The translations under genes and the position numbers were made by a program. Shown piece by piece: positions 17,556 through 27,070 of a DNA stretch of 64,000 nt. Position 1 is the first letter of the stretch. The number at the start of each line of letters is the position of its first letter. The notes beneath the pieces were generated by a model that worked only from the letters and a program-made list of their open reading frames with translations, searched no databases and was not told the DNA's origin. Source of the DNA: Chloroflexota bacterium (GTDB lineage Bacteria > Chloroflexota > Limnocylindria > Limnocylindrales > CSP1-4); assembly GCA_017881915.1 (NCBI GenBank), contig JADGQK010000004.1:1024-65023 (forward strand), in the 5' to 3' direction.

Positions 17556-18443
17556 CTAGGCCAGCAGGCCCGCGGCGCCGGGCTCGAAGCCTTCGTACGT
17601 CACGCCGTCCATCGCCGCGAATCGTGCTGCCATCACCTGGCACGCCTCGAGATTGCTGTCGACCAGGAGGAACCGCCGGCCAAGCTCCGCGGCGGCCGCC
17701 CCGGCCGTGCCGCTGCCCGCGAAGAAGTCGGCGGTGATGCCCCCGGGTGGGCACGAGGCCTGCACGATCCGGCGCAGGATGCCGAGCGGCTTCTGGTTCG
17801 GGTAGCCCGTGCGCTCCTTGCCTCCCGGCGGAACGATCGTGTGCCACCACGTGTCGGTGGGCAGCTTCCCGCGGGCTGCCTTCTCGGGTCCGACCAGGCC
17901 GGGCGCCATGTACGGGATCCGTTCGACGGCCTCGGCGTCGAAGAAGTACCCGCCGGGATCCTTGACGTAGACGAGGATGTTGTCGTGCTTGGCCGGCCAT
18001 TTCCGCGTCGCTCGAGCGCCGTAGTCGTAGGCCCAGATGACCTCGCTCAGGAAGCACTCGCGGCCGAAGATGGCGTCGATGAGGACCTTGCAGTAGTGGA
18101 CTTCGCGAGCGTCGATATGAAAGTAGAGGGTCCCTGACGGCTTCAGCACGCGCCGGATTTCGACGATCCGGGGCTCCAGGAAGTCGAGGTAGTCGTCGTG
18201 AACGTCAAGGTAGCTCTGGACGCCAAGCTGGACCGTCCGATAGCGCTTGCCCTGGAATCCGGCGCGATCGCCCCCGGTGTCGTCGTGCACCGTTCTCAAT
18301 CGGCGGAGGGTCTGCCTTCGCCCGGTGTTGAACGGCGGATCGACATAGACCAGGTCGATGCAGTCATCCGGCAGGCTCGCCAGGATGGCCAGGTTGTCGC
18401 CCAGGGCGACCGTGCCGACTCGACCGCCGATCGCCTCTGCCAT
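17556..18443 (-). CDS. site-specific DNA methyltransferase (N6-adenine or N4-cytosine, beta class)
   Basis: Motif IV VDPPFNTG is near the N-terminus and motif I FFAGSGTAG near the C-terminus (beta-class order). No adjacent endonuclease-like ORF. Confidence 0.88.
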   Translation of the reverse strand: MAEAIGGRVGTVALGDNLAILASLPDDCIDLVYVDPPFNTGRRQTLRRLRTVHDDTGGDRAGFQGKRYRTVQLGVQSYLDVHDDYLDFLEPRIVEIRRVLKPSGTLYFHIDAREVHYCKVLIDAIFGRECFLSEVIWAYDYGARATRKWPAKHDNILVYVKDPGGYFFDAEAVERIPYMAPGLVGPEKAARGKLPTDTWWHTIVPPGGKERTGYPNQKPLGILRRIVQASCPPGGITADFFAGSGTAGAAAAELGRRFLLVDSNLEACQVMAARFAAMDGVTYEGFEPGAAGLLA

Positions 18444-18479
18444 CAGGCCGAGCCTACCATCCGCGGCGGGGCAAACCGG

Positions 18480-19319
18480 CTACGCCCCGGGCAGGCTCGA
18501 TCCGGTCGGACCGGCCGGCGCCTTGTTGCCGCCGGGCGCCTTGTGGCCGCCGCCCGGGAACGGGACCCGAACCTGGCCCCCGGCGACCGACGTTGCGTTC
18601 AGCGAGCCGTCGGCGTTCTTGGTGCCTTCGGCGCTGATCGTCATTCCGGCTTTGAGGCTGGCAATGGTGGCCTTGGTCACGCCGAAGAGGCGGAACGTGG
18701 TGGAGCTGCCGACATGGATCGTCGCCGACGTGCCGTCGAACTGCTTGATCGTGATGGTGGAGGCGGTCGTCGCGGTCACCTGGCCGAAGACGCGCGGCAG
18801 GATCACGTTGATCGCATCGATCGCGAACGAGCCGTTGCTTGCCTTCGACTCCTTGAACCCGATGGTGTCGCCGACCTTGAGCTCGGACAGCGTGATCACC
18901 TGGCCGCCCCGGGTGATCTTCGTCGTTCCGGTGATCGTGATCGTGCGGGTCCAGCCGTCGGCGGTCTTGAGCGACAGGCTCGAGCCGTCAATCGAGGCGA
19001 CCGTCACGCCGCCCTTGGTGTCGAAGCCGCCGAAGGCGCCGCCGAACGCGAACCCCCCGATCAGCGGCCCGGTCATCCCGCGCCCGAAGCCGCTGATGCC
19101 GGACGACGGAGCCCGGAGGGCCGGCGCCGGCGAGCCGGCCGGTGTGGTCGGGCTGGCCCCGCCGCCCTGGGGGCTCGGCGAAGCCGCCATCGTGATCGCT
19201 GCAGACAAGGCCAGGACGATCACGACCCCGGCCACGATCGCGAGACGGATCGGGCTTGCGCCGGGCAGCCGGGAGGAGAACGAAGGCCGAGTTTGTTCGG
19301 TCATGGGGTTGATCTCCAC
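18480..19319 (-). CDS. exported protein with two internal beta-rich repeats (DUF5666-like)
   Basis: N-terminal TM/signal segment and a Gly/Pro-rich linker. Two similar modules follow: VTVASIDGSSLSLKTADGWTRTITITGTTKI... and VTATTASTITIKQFDGTSATIHVGSSTTF.... Confidence 0.65.
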   Translation of the reverse strand: MEINPMTEQTRPSFSSRLPGASPIRLAIVAGVVIVLALSAAITMAASPSPQGGGASPTTPAGSPAPALRAPSSGISGFGRGMTGPLIGGFAFGGAFGGFDTKGGVTVASIDGSSLSLKTADGWTRTITITGTTKITRGGQVITLSELKVGDTIGFKESKASNGSFAIDAINVILPRVFGQVTATTASTITIKQFDGTSATIHVGSSTTFRLFGVTKATIASLKAGMTISAEGTKNADGSLNATSVAGGQVRVPFPGGGHKAPGGNKAPAGPTGSSLPGA

Positions 19320-19431
19320 GGTCCACGGGGCGAGATGAGGCGAGTGTCGGTCATGCTGAGCCGGAATGCTGACGGCGTCCTGACGGTACGAGATTCCGCG
19401 GTGCGTCGGGTCAACGGCAGGGTGGGCGCGA

Positions 19432-20283
19432 CTACCAGCGCCAGGTCATCGTCGCCGCCAGCGTCTCACCCGATTCGAGCACGACCTGACCCGTGCCGGG
19501 CACGCCCGCCGCCGACAGCCGGAGCGCGTCGGGCCAGGCCGTTGCCGGTTCGACGCAGACCGAACCGGGTGGGGAGAAGACCACGACGCTCGACAACGGC
19601 GCCTCGAAATCGATTTGGAGCTCAAGGTCCGGCCAGCGCACGGTCGCCGGACCACCAGCGTCGACATAGACATCGTCCAGGCGGCGGAGGCCGAGGACTG
19701 GGCCGGCCCGCAGGTCGTAGATTCCGGTGACCGGCAGGCTCACCCCGGACGGGATCATCTCGGCATCGAGCTCGAGCCGGCGATCGGCGTGGACGGTCAC
19801 TTCGAGGTCCTCGTCGGGTCCGCGCCGGAACCACGGATGCCAGCCGAGGGCGGCCGGCGTCGGCTGACCGGCCGTTAGCGTGGCCTCGCAGCGGAGGGAC
19901 CCTGGCCTGAGGGTGAGCCGCTGCCAGGCCCGACCGCCGAATGGCCAGCGTTCCGGGCTGACCTGGCAGCTCAGCTCGATCGACGTATCGTCCCGGCGTT
20001 CGACCTGCCAGGGCACATCGAGGAGGGCACCGTGGAGCGCGTGGCGCCCCTCATTGCACGGGAGTTGGGCAGCGCAGCCCCGCCAAGCCACCCGCCCCTC
20101 GGCGATCCGCCCGACCCAGGGCGCCATCAGGAAGCTGCCCCAGCTGATCGCCGGCAGCGTAGCACCCGGTTGGGGCCGGTCGACGAGCCGCTCCCGGCCC
20201 CCGGCCACGAGGGAGGCGAGGCGTCCGCCGGCGCTCGGGTCGACCTGGGCCGAATCGGATCCGGCCGACAGGCGCACGGTCAC
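19432..20283 (-). CDS. aldose 1-epimerase family protein
   Basis: Mutarotase-like motifs (GGRLASL, NEGRHALHGALLDVPW). Last gene of the galT-galK unit, with a 4-nt overlap with galK. Confidence 0.75.
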   Translation of the reverse strand: MTVRLSAGSDSAQVDPSAGGRLASLVAGGRERLVDRPQPGATLPAISWGSFLMAPWVGRIAEGRVAWRGCAAQLPCNEGRHALHGALLDVPWQVERRDDTSIELSCQVSPERWPFGGRAWQRLTLRPGSLRCEATLTAGQPTPAALGWHPWFRRGPDEDLEVTVHADRRLELDAEMIPSGVSLPVTGIYDLRAGPVLGLRRLDDVYVDAGGPATVRWPDLELQIDFEAPLSSVVVFSPPGSVCVEPATAWPDALRLSAAGVPGTGQVVLESGETLAATMTWRW

Positions 20284-21509
20284 GCCGGCAACGGGCCGAC
20301 GCCCGGGTTCGGCATGAGCCCGGCACCGGCCACCGGGATCACCTGGAAGACGCGGGCCGTGAAGCCCGTCTGGGTCGCGTAGCGCGACTCGACCGCCGAC
20401 CGCAGCCCTGCCACGGCATCGGGCCGGACGAGATTGACCGTGCTGCCGCCGAAGCCGGCACCGGTCATCCGGGCGGCTACCACGCCCGGCGTCCCGACCG
20501 CGATCTCGACGAGGGCATCGAGCGCCGGCGAGCTCACCTCGAAGAGGTCGCGCAGGGACGCATGGCTGGCTGCGAACAGCCGTCCCAGGGCCGCCAGGTC
20601 GCGTCTCTCGAGCGCGGCGATCGAGTCGATCACCCGGCCATTCTCGTAGACGATATGGGTGGCCCGACGCAGCACGACCGGCTCGAGCCAGCCTCCGACG
20701 ATGGCCTGCTCGAGGAGCTCAGGCGAGACGTCGCGCAGCGACCGGACGGCGGGATCGCGGTCGGCGAAGACGGCCACGGCCGCGTCGCACTGGCTCCGCC
20801 GCACGTTGTATTCCGAACCAGCCAGGCGATGGGTCTGGCCGCTGTCGCACACGACGAGAGTCACCTCGTCGAGGGGCAGGCTCACGGCGCGCCACTCGAG
20901 CGACCGGCAATCGAGGAGGAGGGCCGAGCCGGCCTGCCCGCAGGCCACCGCGAACTGGTCCATCAGGCCGGACTGGACCCCGACGAAGCCGTTCTCGGCT
21001 CGCTGGGCCAGCCGGGCCAGGGTCATCGGATCCGGGGCGTCGGCCGGGTCGGCCAGCAGGGCATGGGCCACGGCCAGCTCGATCGCCGCCGACGATGACA
21101 GGCCGGCGCCTGTTGGCAGGTTCGATCCGATCACGCCGCGCAGGCCGCGCAGGGGCAGGCCTGCTTCGGTCAGCGCCCAGGCCGTGCCGACCGCGTAGTC
21201 GAGCCAGCCGCCCACCCGTTCGGGCAGGTGGTCGAGGTCGAACGCGCCGCGCTGGCCCGTGTCGAGGCGATGGAGCACGACCCGCCGGTCGTCGGTCGGG
21301 GCGTAGGCGATCCGAATCTCACGGTCGATCGCCGTGGGCAGGACATAGCCGCGGTTGTAGTCGGTGTGCTCGCCAATCAGGTTGACCCGGCCGGGCGCGC
21401 GCACGATCCGGAGCGAACCGGGCTGGGCGGCGGCCACCGGCTCGAGCTTCGCCAGCCGGGCACGAAGCACGACCGGGTCGGTCGCGTCAGTCGGTGCCCG
21501 GGGCCGCAT
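20280..21509 (-). CDS. galK: galactokinase
   Basis: GHMP kinase signatures APGRVNLIGEHTDYNRGYVLP and PTGAGLSSSAA. Confidence 0.92.
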   Translation of the reverse strand: MRPRAPTDATDPVVLRARLAKLEPVAAAQPGSLRIVRAPGRVNLIGEHTDYNRGYVLPTAIDREIRIAYAPTDDRRVVLHRLDTGQRGAFDLDHLPERVGGWLDYAVGTAWALTEAGLPLRGLRGVIGSNLPTGAGLSSSAAIELAVAHALLADPADAPDPMTLARLAQRAENGFVGVQSGLMDQFAVACGQAGSALLLDCRSLEWRAVSLPLDEVTLVVCDSGQTHRLAGSEYNVRRSQCDAAVAVFADRDPAVRSLRDVSPELLEQAIVGGWLEPVVLRRATHIVYENGRVIDSIAALERRDLAALGRLFAASHASLRDLFEVSSPALDALVEIAVGTPGVVAARMTGAGFGGSTVNLVRPDAVAGLRSAVESRYATQTGFTARVFQVIPVAGAGLMPNPGVGPLPA

Positions 21510-22584
21510 TGCTCAGGTAGTGAATCGGTGCGACGGTGCGCAACCGCTCGGCCGCTTCCTCGGCACTCAGGTCTCGCTGGGTCTCGGCGAACATTTCGTA
21601 GCCGGCGATGTACTTGCGCACGGACGAGCGCAGGAGCGGGGGGTAGAGATGTCCGTGGAGTTGCCAGTGCGCGTTGGCGCGACCGTCGAACGGGGCCTGG
21701 TGCCAGCCCATCGAGTACGGGAACGGCAGCCGGAACAGGTTGTCGTAGCGGCCGAGCAGCTGGATCAGGACGCCGGCCAGGGAGTCGCGCGTGGAATCGG
21801 CCAGCTCCGGCAGGCGCTCGACGGGCTGCTTCGGGATGACCAGCGTCTCGAACGGCCAGACCGCCCAGAACGGGACGACGACAAGCCAGTCATCGTCCTC
21901 CACCACGACCCGCGATCCGCCGTGCTCCTGCGCCGCATAGTCGAGCAGGAGCCGGCTGTCGTGCGCCTCGAAGTACGCCTGCTGGCTGGCATTCTCGCGG
22001 GCGGCCTGGTGGGGCAGGGCGGTGCCGGCCCAGATCTGGCCGTGCGGGTGCGGGTTGGACGCGCCCATCGTCTCGCCCCGGTTCTCGAAGACCTGGACCC
22101 ATTGGTAGGTCGCGCCGAGCTCGGCGGTCTGGTCCGCCCAGACGTCAACGACAGCCCGTACATCGGGCTGCGACATCAGGGCCAGGGTCACGTCGTGGCG
22201 GGGCGAGAAGCACAGCACCCGACAGGTCCCCGGCTCGCCCTCGGCCCGCAGCAGGCCCTCCTCGACCCGGTCTGCCGGGACTTCCGGCCGGAGCGCGGCG
22301 TAGTCGTTGGTAAACACGAACGTCCGGTCATAGGCCGGATTGATCAGTCCGTTCGCCCGGGTATTCGTGGGGCACAGATAACAGGTCGGATCGTAGGCGA
22401 CCGCCGGTGTGTGGGTCGACGGGTCCTGGCGGCCGAGCCAGGGTCGGCGGGTCCGCTCGGTCGAGACCAGCACCCACTCGTCGACGAGTGGGTTGTAGCG
22501 GCGATGCGGATTGGCCAGGACCGCTCCGGCCCGGGCATCGTGACCCCCGTCGTCTGGCGGGCCCGCCAGGCGGTCAGTCCCCAC
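21487..22584 (-). CDS. galT: galactose-1-phosphate uridylyltransferase
   Basis: HRRYNPLVDEWVLVS N-terminal motif and active site HPHGQIWA. The ORF-track start 22692 overlaps deoR by 119 nt. In-frame GTG 22584 gives a typical ~365-aa protein. Confidence 0.9.
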   Translation of the reverse strand: MGTDRLAGPPDDGGHDARAGAVLANPHRRYNPLVDEWVLVSTERTRRPWLGRQDPSTHTPAVAYDPTCYLCPTNTRANGLINPAYDRTFVFTNDYAALRPEVPADRVEEGLLRAEGEPGTCRVLCFSPRHDVTLALMSQPDVRAVVDVWADQTAELGATYQWVQVFENRGETMGASNPHPHGQIWAGTALPHQAARENASQQAYFEAHDSRLLLDYAAQEHGGSRVVVEDDDWLVVVPFWAVWPFETLVIPKQPVERLPELADSTRDSLAGVLIQLLGRYDNLFRLPFPYSMGWHQAPFDGRANAHWQLHGHLYPPLLRSSVRKYIAGYEMFAETQRDLSAEEAAERLRTVAPIHYLSNAAPGTD

Positions 22585-23551
22585 GCGACGGCCCGGCCGC
22601 CCGGCCGAACGAGGTCGAACGGTCCGCTGCCGGCGCGGCAACCCGACGGCTGAGCTGGACGGGCTCTTCGTTGGGTTCGACGTCGGTGCCACCCCCGACC
22701 CAGGCGCCCGCCGTCGGATCGACGAGCCTCAGCTCGCGGACCCGACTCCGGAGCAGCTCCCGGGCGCTGGCCTCGAGGCCGGCATCGGTAATCACAATAT
22801 CCGCCTGGTCGAGCCGGGCGATCGAGCTCAGCGCCACCTGGCCCCACTTCGTGTGGTCGGCGACGACGACCAGGCGACCACCGGCCTCGATCAGGGCGCG
22901 GTTCGTCTCGGCCTCCATCATGTTGGGCGACGTGAAGCCGGCCTGCGCATCCATGCCGTGGACGCCCATGAAGACCAAGTCGACGTGGACGCTGCGCAGG
23001 GCGGCCACCGCGAATGGTCCGACGAGGGCGTCCGAGGGCGTCCGAACGCCGCCGGTCATGATGATCGTCTGGTCCGGCCGGCCGGCGTCGTGCAGGACGT
23101 CCGCGACCCGGACGGAGTTGGTCACGACGGTCAGGCCCACCACGTCGACCAGACGCCGGGCCAGGGCGTAGGTGGTCGTGCCGGCCGAGATCCCGATCGC
23201 CGTGCCGGGCTCGATCAGGCCGACGGCGGCATCGACGATCGCCTCCTTCTCGGCCTCCTGGAGGGCCGATTTGGCGGTGAAGCCGGGCTCGAACAGGGCA
23301 CTCCCGGGCAGCGCAGCGGCGCCGCCGTGGACCTTCTCGATCAGGCCGCGCTCGTGGAGCAGCTCCATGTCGCGCCGGATCGTCATGTCCGATACGCCCA
23401 GGTCACGGACGAGCTCCGCCACCCGGACCCCGCCCTCCTCGCGCACGCGATCGAGGATGTAGGCCTGCCGCTGGCGCGCTAGCACGGCGGCGCTGGTGCG
23501 GTCTGCCCGCCGGTCCTGGCTCGACCAGGTCGTGTCACTGCAACCTCCCAT
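22574..23551 (-). CDS. DeoR family transcriptional regulator
   Basis: HTH VRVAELVRDLGVSDMTIRRDMELLHERG plus a DeoR C-terminal sugar-phosphate-binding-type domain. The ORF-track start 24154 is antisense junk. ATG 23551 or GTG 23485 are plausible starts. Has an unusual ~45-aa C-terminal tail. Confidence 0.85.
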   Translation of the reverse strand: MGGCSDTTWSSQDRRADRTSAAVLARQRQAYILDRVREEGGVRVAELVRDLGVSDMTIRRDMELLHERGLIEKVHGGAAALPGSALFEPGFTAKSALQEAEKEAIVDAAVGLIEPGTAIGISAGTTTYALARRLVDVVGLTVVTNSVRVADVLHDAGRPDQTIIMTGGVRTPSDALVGPFAVAALRSVHVDLVFMGVHGMDAQAGFTSPNMMEAETNRALIEAGGRLVVVADHTKWGQVALSSIARLDQADIVITDAGLEASARELLRSRVRELRLVDPTAGAWVGGGTDVEPNEEPVQLSRRVAAPAADRSTSFGRAAGPSRGD

Positions 23552-23639
23552 CGCCCGGTGGCTCGGCTCCGGTGCTATAACAATACCGCCATAAGTCAAC
23601 GCAGTGCCACGCTCATTTGTGGATACAAGTTGGAATCCC

Positions 23640-23669
23640 TTGACAACGGCCCGGTGACCGGCCGACAAT
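23640..23669 (+). promoter_or_regulatory. candidate promoter of the sugar ABC operon (TTGACA-N18-GACAAT)
   Basis: -35 TTGACA at 23640-23645 and -10-like GACAAT at 23664-23669, in the deoR/SBP divergent region. Confidence 0.3.
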
Positions 23670-23741
23670 CCGTTTGGGTTTGTCGGTTTATGTTCAACAA
23701 TGGCGCATAGAGCGGCTGGCAACGGCCGAAGGAGGAGGACC

Positions 23742-25178
23742 ATGGCGAACCAGGACACGACGCGGCGGGAGACACTGTCCATGACGGGTCTGCGCAGCGT
23801 CAGTCGGCGCGACGTCCTCAAGGGGATGGCCGTCGTGGCCGGCGCAGCCGCAGTTCCCACGATCCTGGCGGCCTGCAGCTCGGGCGCGACGACCGCTCCG
23901 GCATCGGTGGCGCCCCCGGCATCGGTGGTCCCCCCGGCATCCGTTGCCCCGGCTTCGGCGGCCGGTGTGACCGGCACCGTCACGGTTGGTAGCAACCACT
24001 CCGACGCCAGCGAGGTGAAGGGCATGACGGCGATCAACGCCGCCTTCATCGCCGCCAACCCCGGCGTCACCGTCACGATGAACCCCGTCGACCACAACAC
24101 GTTCCAGAACCAGATCGGCGCGTACCTCCAGGGCACGCCCGAGGACGATTTCACCTGGTTCTCCGGCTACCGGATGCGCTTCTTCGCCTCGAAGGGCCTG
24201 ACGACGGCGATCGATGACGTGTGGGCGAAGGTCAGCAGCAACTTCACCGGCGCGTTCGCCACGGCGGTCACGGCTGACGACGGCAAGGTCTATGGCATCC
24301 CGGTCGACTACTACCCGTGGGCCGTCTTCTACCGCAAGAGCGTCTTCAGTGACAAGGGCTACACCATCCCGGCGACCTGGGCCGACTTCAAGACGCTTTG
24401 CACGAAGATGCAAACGGACGGCCTGATCCCGATCACCTTCGGTGACAAGGACGGCTGGCCCGCCATGGGCACCTTCGACATCCTCGATCTCCGGCTCAAC
24501 GGCTACGACTTCCACACCCAGCTCCTGACCGGAAAGCAGAAGTGGACCGACGCGAAGGTCACGACGGTCTTCCAGAAGTGGGCCGAGATCATGCCCTTCC
24601 ACGACAAGACCTATGCCGGCCTGACGTGGGAGAAGGCCTGCGACACGCTCATCCAGAAGAAGTCCGGGATGTTCATGTTCGGACTGTTCCTGACCGGCGA
24701 GTTCTCGTCCACCGGCACCCCGGCCGACCTGGCAGATCTCGACTTCTTCCCGTTCCCGGCCATGGGAACGCAGTACGATGCGGAGAACGCGCTCGACGCC
24801 CCGATCGACATCTGGATGGTCAGTGCCAAGTCGCCGACCCTCCAGGCCGATCTCGACGCCGCCAAGGCGTACATGGAGTTCTGGTCAAAGGGGTCCACCC
24901 AGTTGCTGATGTTCCAGAACCAGCCGGGCTTCATCCCGACGGCAAACGACGCGGACTCAAGCTCGTACGACCCGCTCACCAAGAAGGCCGTCCAGATCGT
25001 GAGTCAGGCGAAGAAGATCACCCAGTTCCTCGATCGCGACTCGCGGCCGGATTTCGCCGGGGCCAACGGGATGCAGGCCTTCCTCCAGAAGTTCCTGGCC
25101 AACCCGACCCAGGACACGACCGCTCTTCAGGCGGAGATCCAGGCCTACTGGGAAGCGCTCCCGCCGGCAACCGTCTAG
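23742..25178 (+). CDS. carbohydrate ABC transporter substrate-binding lipoprotein (Tat signal)
   Basis: GAAGGAGGAGG RBS then ATG 23742. Twin-arginine motif SRRDVLKG and lipobox LAAC-SS. A Pro/Ala/Ser/Val repeat linker precedes a family-1 solute-binding domain. Confidence 0.88.
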   Translation: MANQDTTRRETLSMTGLRSVSRRDVLKGMAVVAGAAAVPTILAACSSGATTAPASVAPPASVVPPASVAPASAAGVTGTVTVGSNHSDASEVKGMTAINAAFIAANPGVTVTMNPVDHNTFQNQIGAYLQGTPEDDFTWFSGYRMRFFASKGLTTAIDDVWAKVSSNFTGAFATAVTADDGKVYGIPVDYYPWAVFYRKSVFSDKGYTIPATWADFKTLCTKMQTDGLIPITFGDKDGWPAMGTFDILDLRLNGYDFHTQLLTGKQKWTDAKVTTVFQKWAEIMPFHDKTYAGLTWEKACDTLIQKKSGMFMFGLFLTGEFSSTGTPADLADLDFFPFPAMGTQYDAENALDAPIDIWMVSAKSPTLQADLDAAKAYMEFWSKGSTQLLMFQNQPGFIPTANDADSSSYDPLTKKAVQIVSQAKKITQFLDRDSRPDFAGANGMQAFLQKFLANPTQDTTALQAEIQAYWEALPPATV

Positions 25179-25202
25179 GCAGTTCCGTGAGCAGATCGGC
25201 TC

Positions 25203-26180
25203 GTGCCTGACCCTCAGGCAATCGGCCTCGCCCCCGCTTCGGTGTCAACCGGAGCGGGGGCGATCGCGTCCGGGCCCCGGAAGCGGAAGCATCGCTACAG
25301 CATCCTGACCCGCCGGGACAAGGTCGTCCTGTTCCTGATGGTCGGGATCCCGACCGCACTCACCATCATCTTCATCTGGCTGCCGACGCTGGCCTCGATC
25401 CTGCTTTCGTTCACGAACTACCAGGGCATCGGCGGAATCACCGCCGCCAACATCGTCGGGCTCAAGAACTACCAGTTCCTGGCCACGGGCTATGTCCTGT
25501 TCTGGCCGGCGGTGGCCCACAACCTGATGTGGCTGCTGTTCTTCGTCTTCATCGCGTCGCCGATCGGGATCTTCTTCGCGGTCCTGCTCGACCGCGAGAT
25601 CCGCGGCAGCCGCTTCTACCAGAACATCTTCTACTTCCCGGTTGTCCTGTCGCTGGCCGTGGTCGGCTTCATCTGGGAGCTCCAGTACGCACCCGACGGC
25701 TTCATCGACAGCGCCCTGGGCCTGACCAGCCAGAACAACGCGATCGACTGGCTGGGCAACCCCAGCCTGAACATCTGGGCCGTTCTGGTCGCTGCCAGCT
25801 GGCGCCACGTCGGCTACATCATGGTCCTCTATCTCGCCGGCCTGAAGAGCGTCGACCCCACGCTCCGCGAGGCGGCCGCGATCGATGGTGCGTCTGAGTT
25901 CCAGTCGTTCGTCCGGGTGATCTTCCCGGTGATGGCCCCGATCAACATCGTGATCGTGGTCGTGACCGTGATCGAGTCGCTCCGGGCGTTCGACCTCGCG
26001 TTCATCATCAACCAGGGCACGAATGGCCTGGAGCTGCTGTCCACGCTGATCACGAACAACAGCATCAGCGAGGCGAGCCTGATCGGCTTCGGATCGTCGA
26101 TCGCGGTTGTCCTGCTCGTGATCTCCCTGGTTCCGATCGTCCTGTACCTGTCACGGGTCATGGGGAGTGCCAGCGAATGA
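25203..26180 (+). CDS. carbohydrate ABC transporter permease (MalF/UgpA-like)
   Basis: Six hydrophobic spans and EAA-loop region REAAAIDGASEFQSFVRVIFP. Confidence 0.9.
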   Translation: MPDPQAIGLAPASVSTGAGAIASGPRKRKHRYSILTRRDKVVLFLMVGIPTALTIIFIWLPTLASILLSFTNYQGIGGITAANIVGLKNYQFLATGYVLFWPAVAHNLMWLLFFVFIASPIGIFFAVLLDREIRGSRFYQNIFYFPVVLSLAVVGFIWELQYAPDGFIDSALGLTSQNNAIDWLGNPSLNIWAVLVAASWRHVGYIMVLYLAGLKSVDPTLREAAAIDGASEFQSFVRVIFPVMAPINIVIVVVTVIESLRAFDLAFIINQGTNGLELLSTLITNNSISEASLIGFGSSIAVVLLVISLVPIVLYLSRVMGSASE

Positions 26181-27070
26181 CCGCCACGAGCATGGCCGGA
26201 GGGTCCTCGCGGCGCCGCATCCGGCGCGGCAGGGTCGTCCTGCACGCGTTCCTGATCACGATGTCGCTGATCTGGATCTTCCCTCTGGCGTGGTGCTTCT
26301 TCACGGCAATGCGGCCACTCAGCGACACGATCCTCCACGGCTACTTCTCGTGGCCGACGACGCTCAACTTCCAGAACTTCATCGACGGCTGGACGAACGC
26401 GAACCTGGGCTATTACTACCTGAACACGCTGATCGTGGCCGTCCCGGCGGTGATCATCACCCTGATCCTGGCGTCGCTCGTGGCCTTCGCTCTCACCCGT
26501 GTCCGCTCGAGGATCAACCTGTTCCTGCTGATGATGTTCACGGCCGGGAACCTGCTGCCACCCCAAGTGATCATCGTCCCGCTCTACCACTTCTACCTGG
26601 CGATCCCGATCCCGAAGCCGCTCAGCAGCAACGGCCTGCTGTACGACCAGTACATCGGGATCATCCTGATCCACATCGTGTTCCAGGTCGGGTTCTGCAT
26701 CTTCGTCCTGAGTAACTACATGCGGACGTTGCCCAAGGAGCTGAACGAGGCGGCCCTGGTCGATGGCGCGTCGATCTTCCGGACTTACCGGAGCGTGATC
26801 CTGCCGCTCTGCACTCCGGCCCTGGCGGCCCTGGGTACGCTCGAGTTCACATTCATCTACAACGACTTCTTCTGGGCCCTGCTGCTGATCAAGACGGGCT
26901 CGAAGCGGCCGATCACCTCGGCCTTGAACAACCTCCAGGGGCAGTTCTTCACGAACTACAACATCCTGGCGGCCGCTGCCCTGATGGTCGCGATCCCAAC
27001 GATCATCGTGTACATCGCCCTCCAGCGCCAGTTCATCCGGGGCCTGACCCTGGGCTCGACGAAGGGCTAG
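26177..27070 (+). CDS. carbohydrate ABC transporter permease (MalG/UgpE-like)
   Basis: EAA loop NEAALVDGASIFRTYRSVILP. 4-nt overlap with the upstream permease. Confidence 0.9.
   Translation: MTATSMAGGSSRRRIRRGRVVLHAFLITMSLIWIFPLAWCFFTAMRPLSDTILHGYFSWPTTLNFQNFIDGWTNANLGYYYLNTLIVAVPAVIITLILASLVAFALTRVRSRINLFLLMMFTAGNLLPPQVIIVPLYHFYLAIPIPKPLSSNGLLYDQYIGIILIHIVFQVGFCIFVLSNYMRTLPKELNEAALVDGASIFRTYRSVILPLCTPALAALGTLEFTFIYNDFFWALLLIKTGSKRPITSALNNLQGQFFTNYNILAAAALMVAIPTIIVYIALQRQFIRGLTLGSTKG

Noticed and set aside
11445-20283. Possible genomic island integrated at tRNA-Asn (accessory-looking genes downstream)
   Set aside because: There is no integrase, transposase or phage gene. I could not see a direct repeat of the tRNA 3' end, and composition looks the same as the flanks.
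23618-23626. DnaA-box-like TGTGGATAC in the deoR / ABC divergent region
   Set aside because: It is a single copy with one mismatch and no partner boxes. It is plausibly chance or part of a DeoR operator.
23896-23960. Tandem nucleotide repeats (CCGGCATCGGTGG-type, three copies)
   Set aside because: They encode the PPASV/APASV linker after the lipobox of the solute-binding protein. This is a low-complexity coding repeat, not a CRISPR or regulatory array.
23742-27070. Sugar ABC importer without an ATPase gene
   Set aside because: Shared (MsiK-type) ATPases encoded elsewhere are normal for carbohydrate importers in high-GC Gram-positive-type genomes.
27067-27070. Convergent permease and lemA genes share overlapping stop codons (CTAG)
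   Set aside because: This is a trivial consequence of tight packing. No structure or motif is associated with it.
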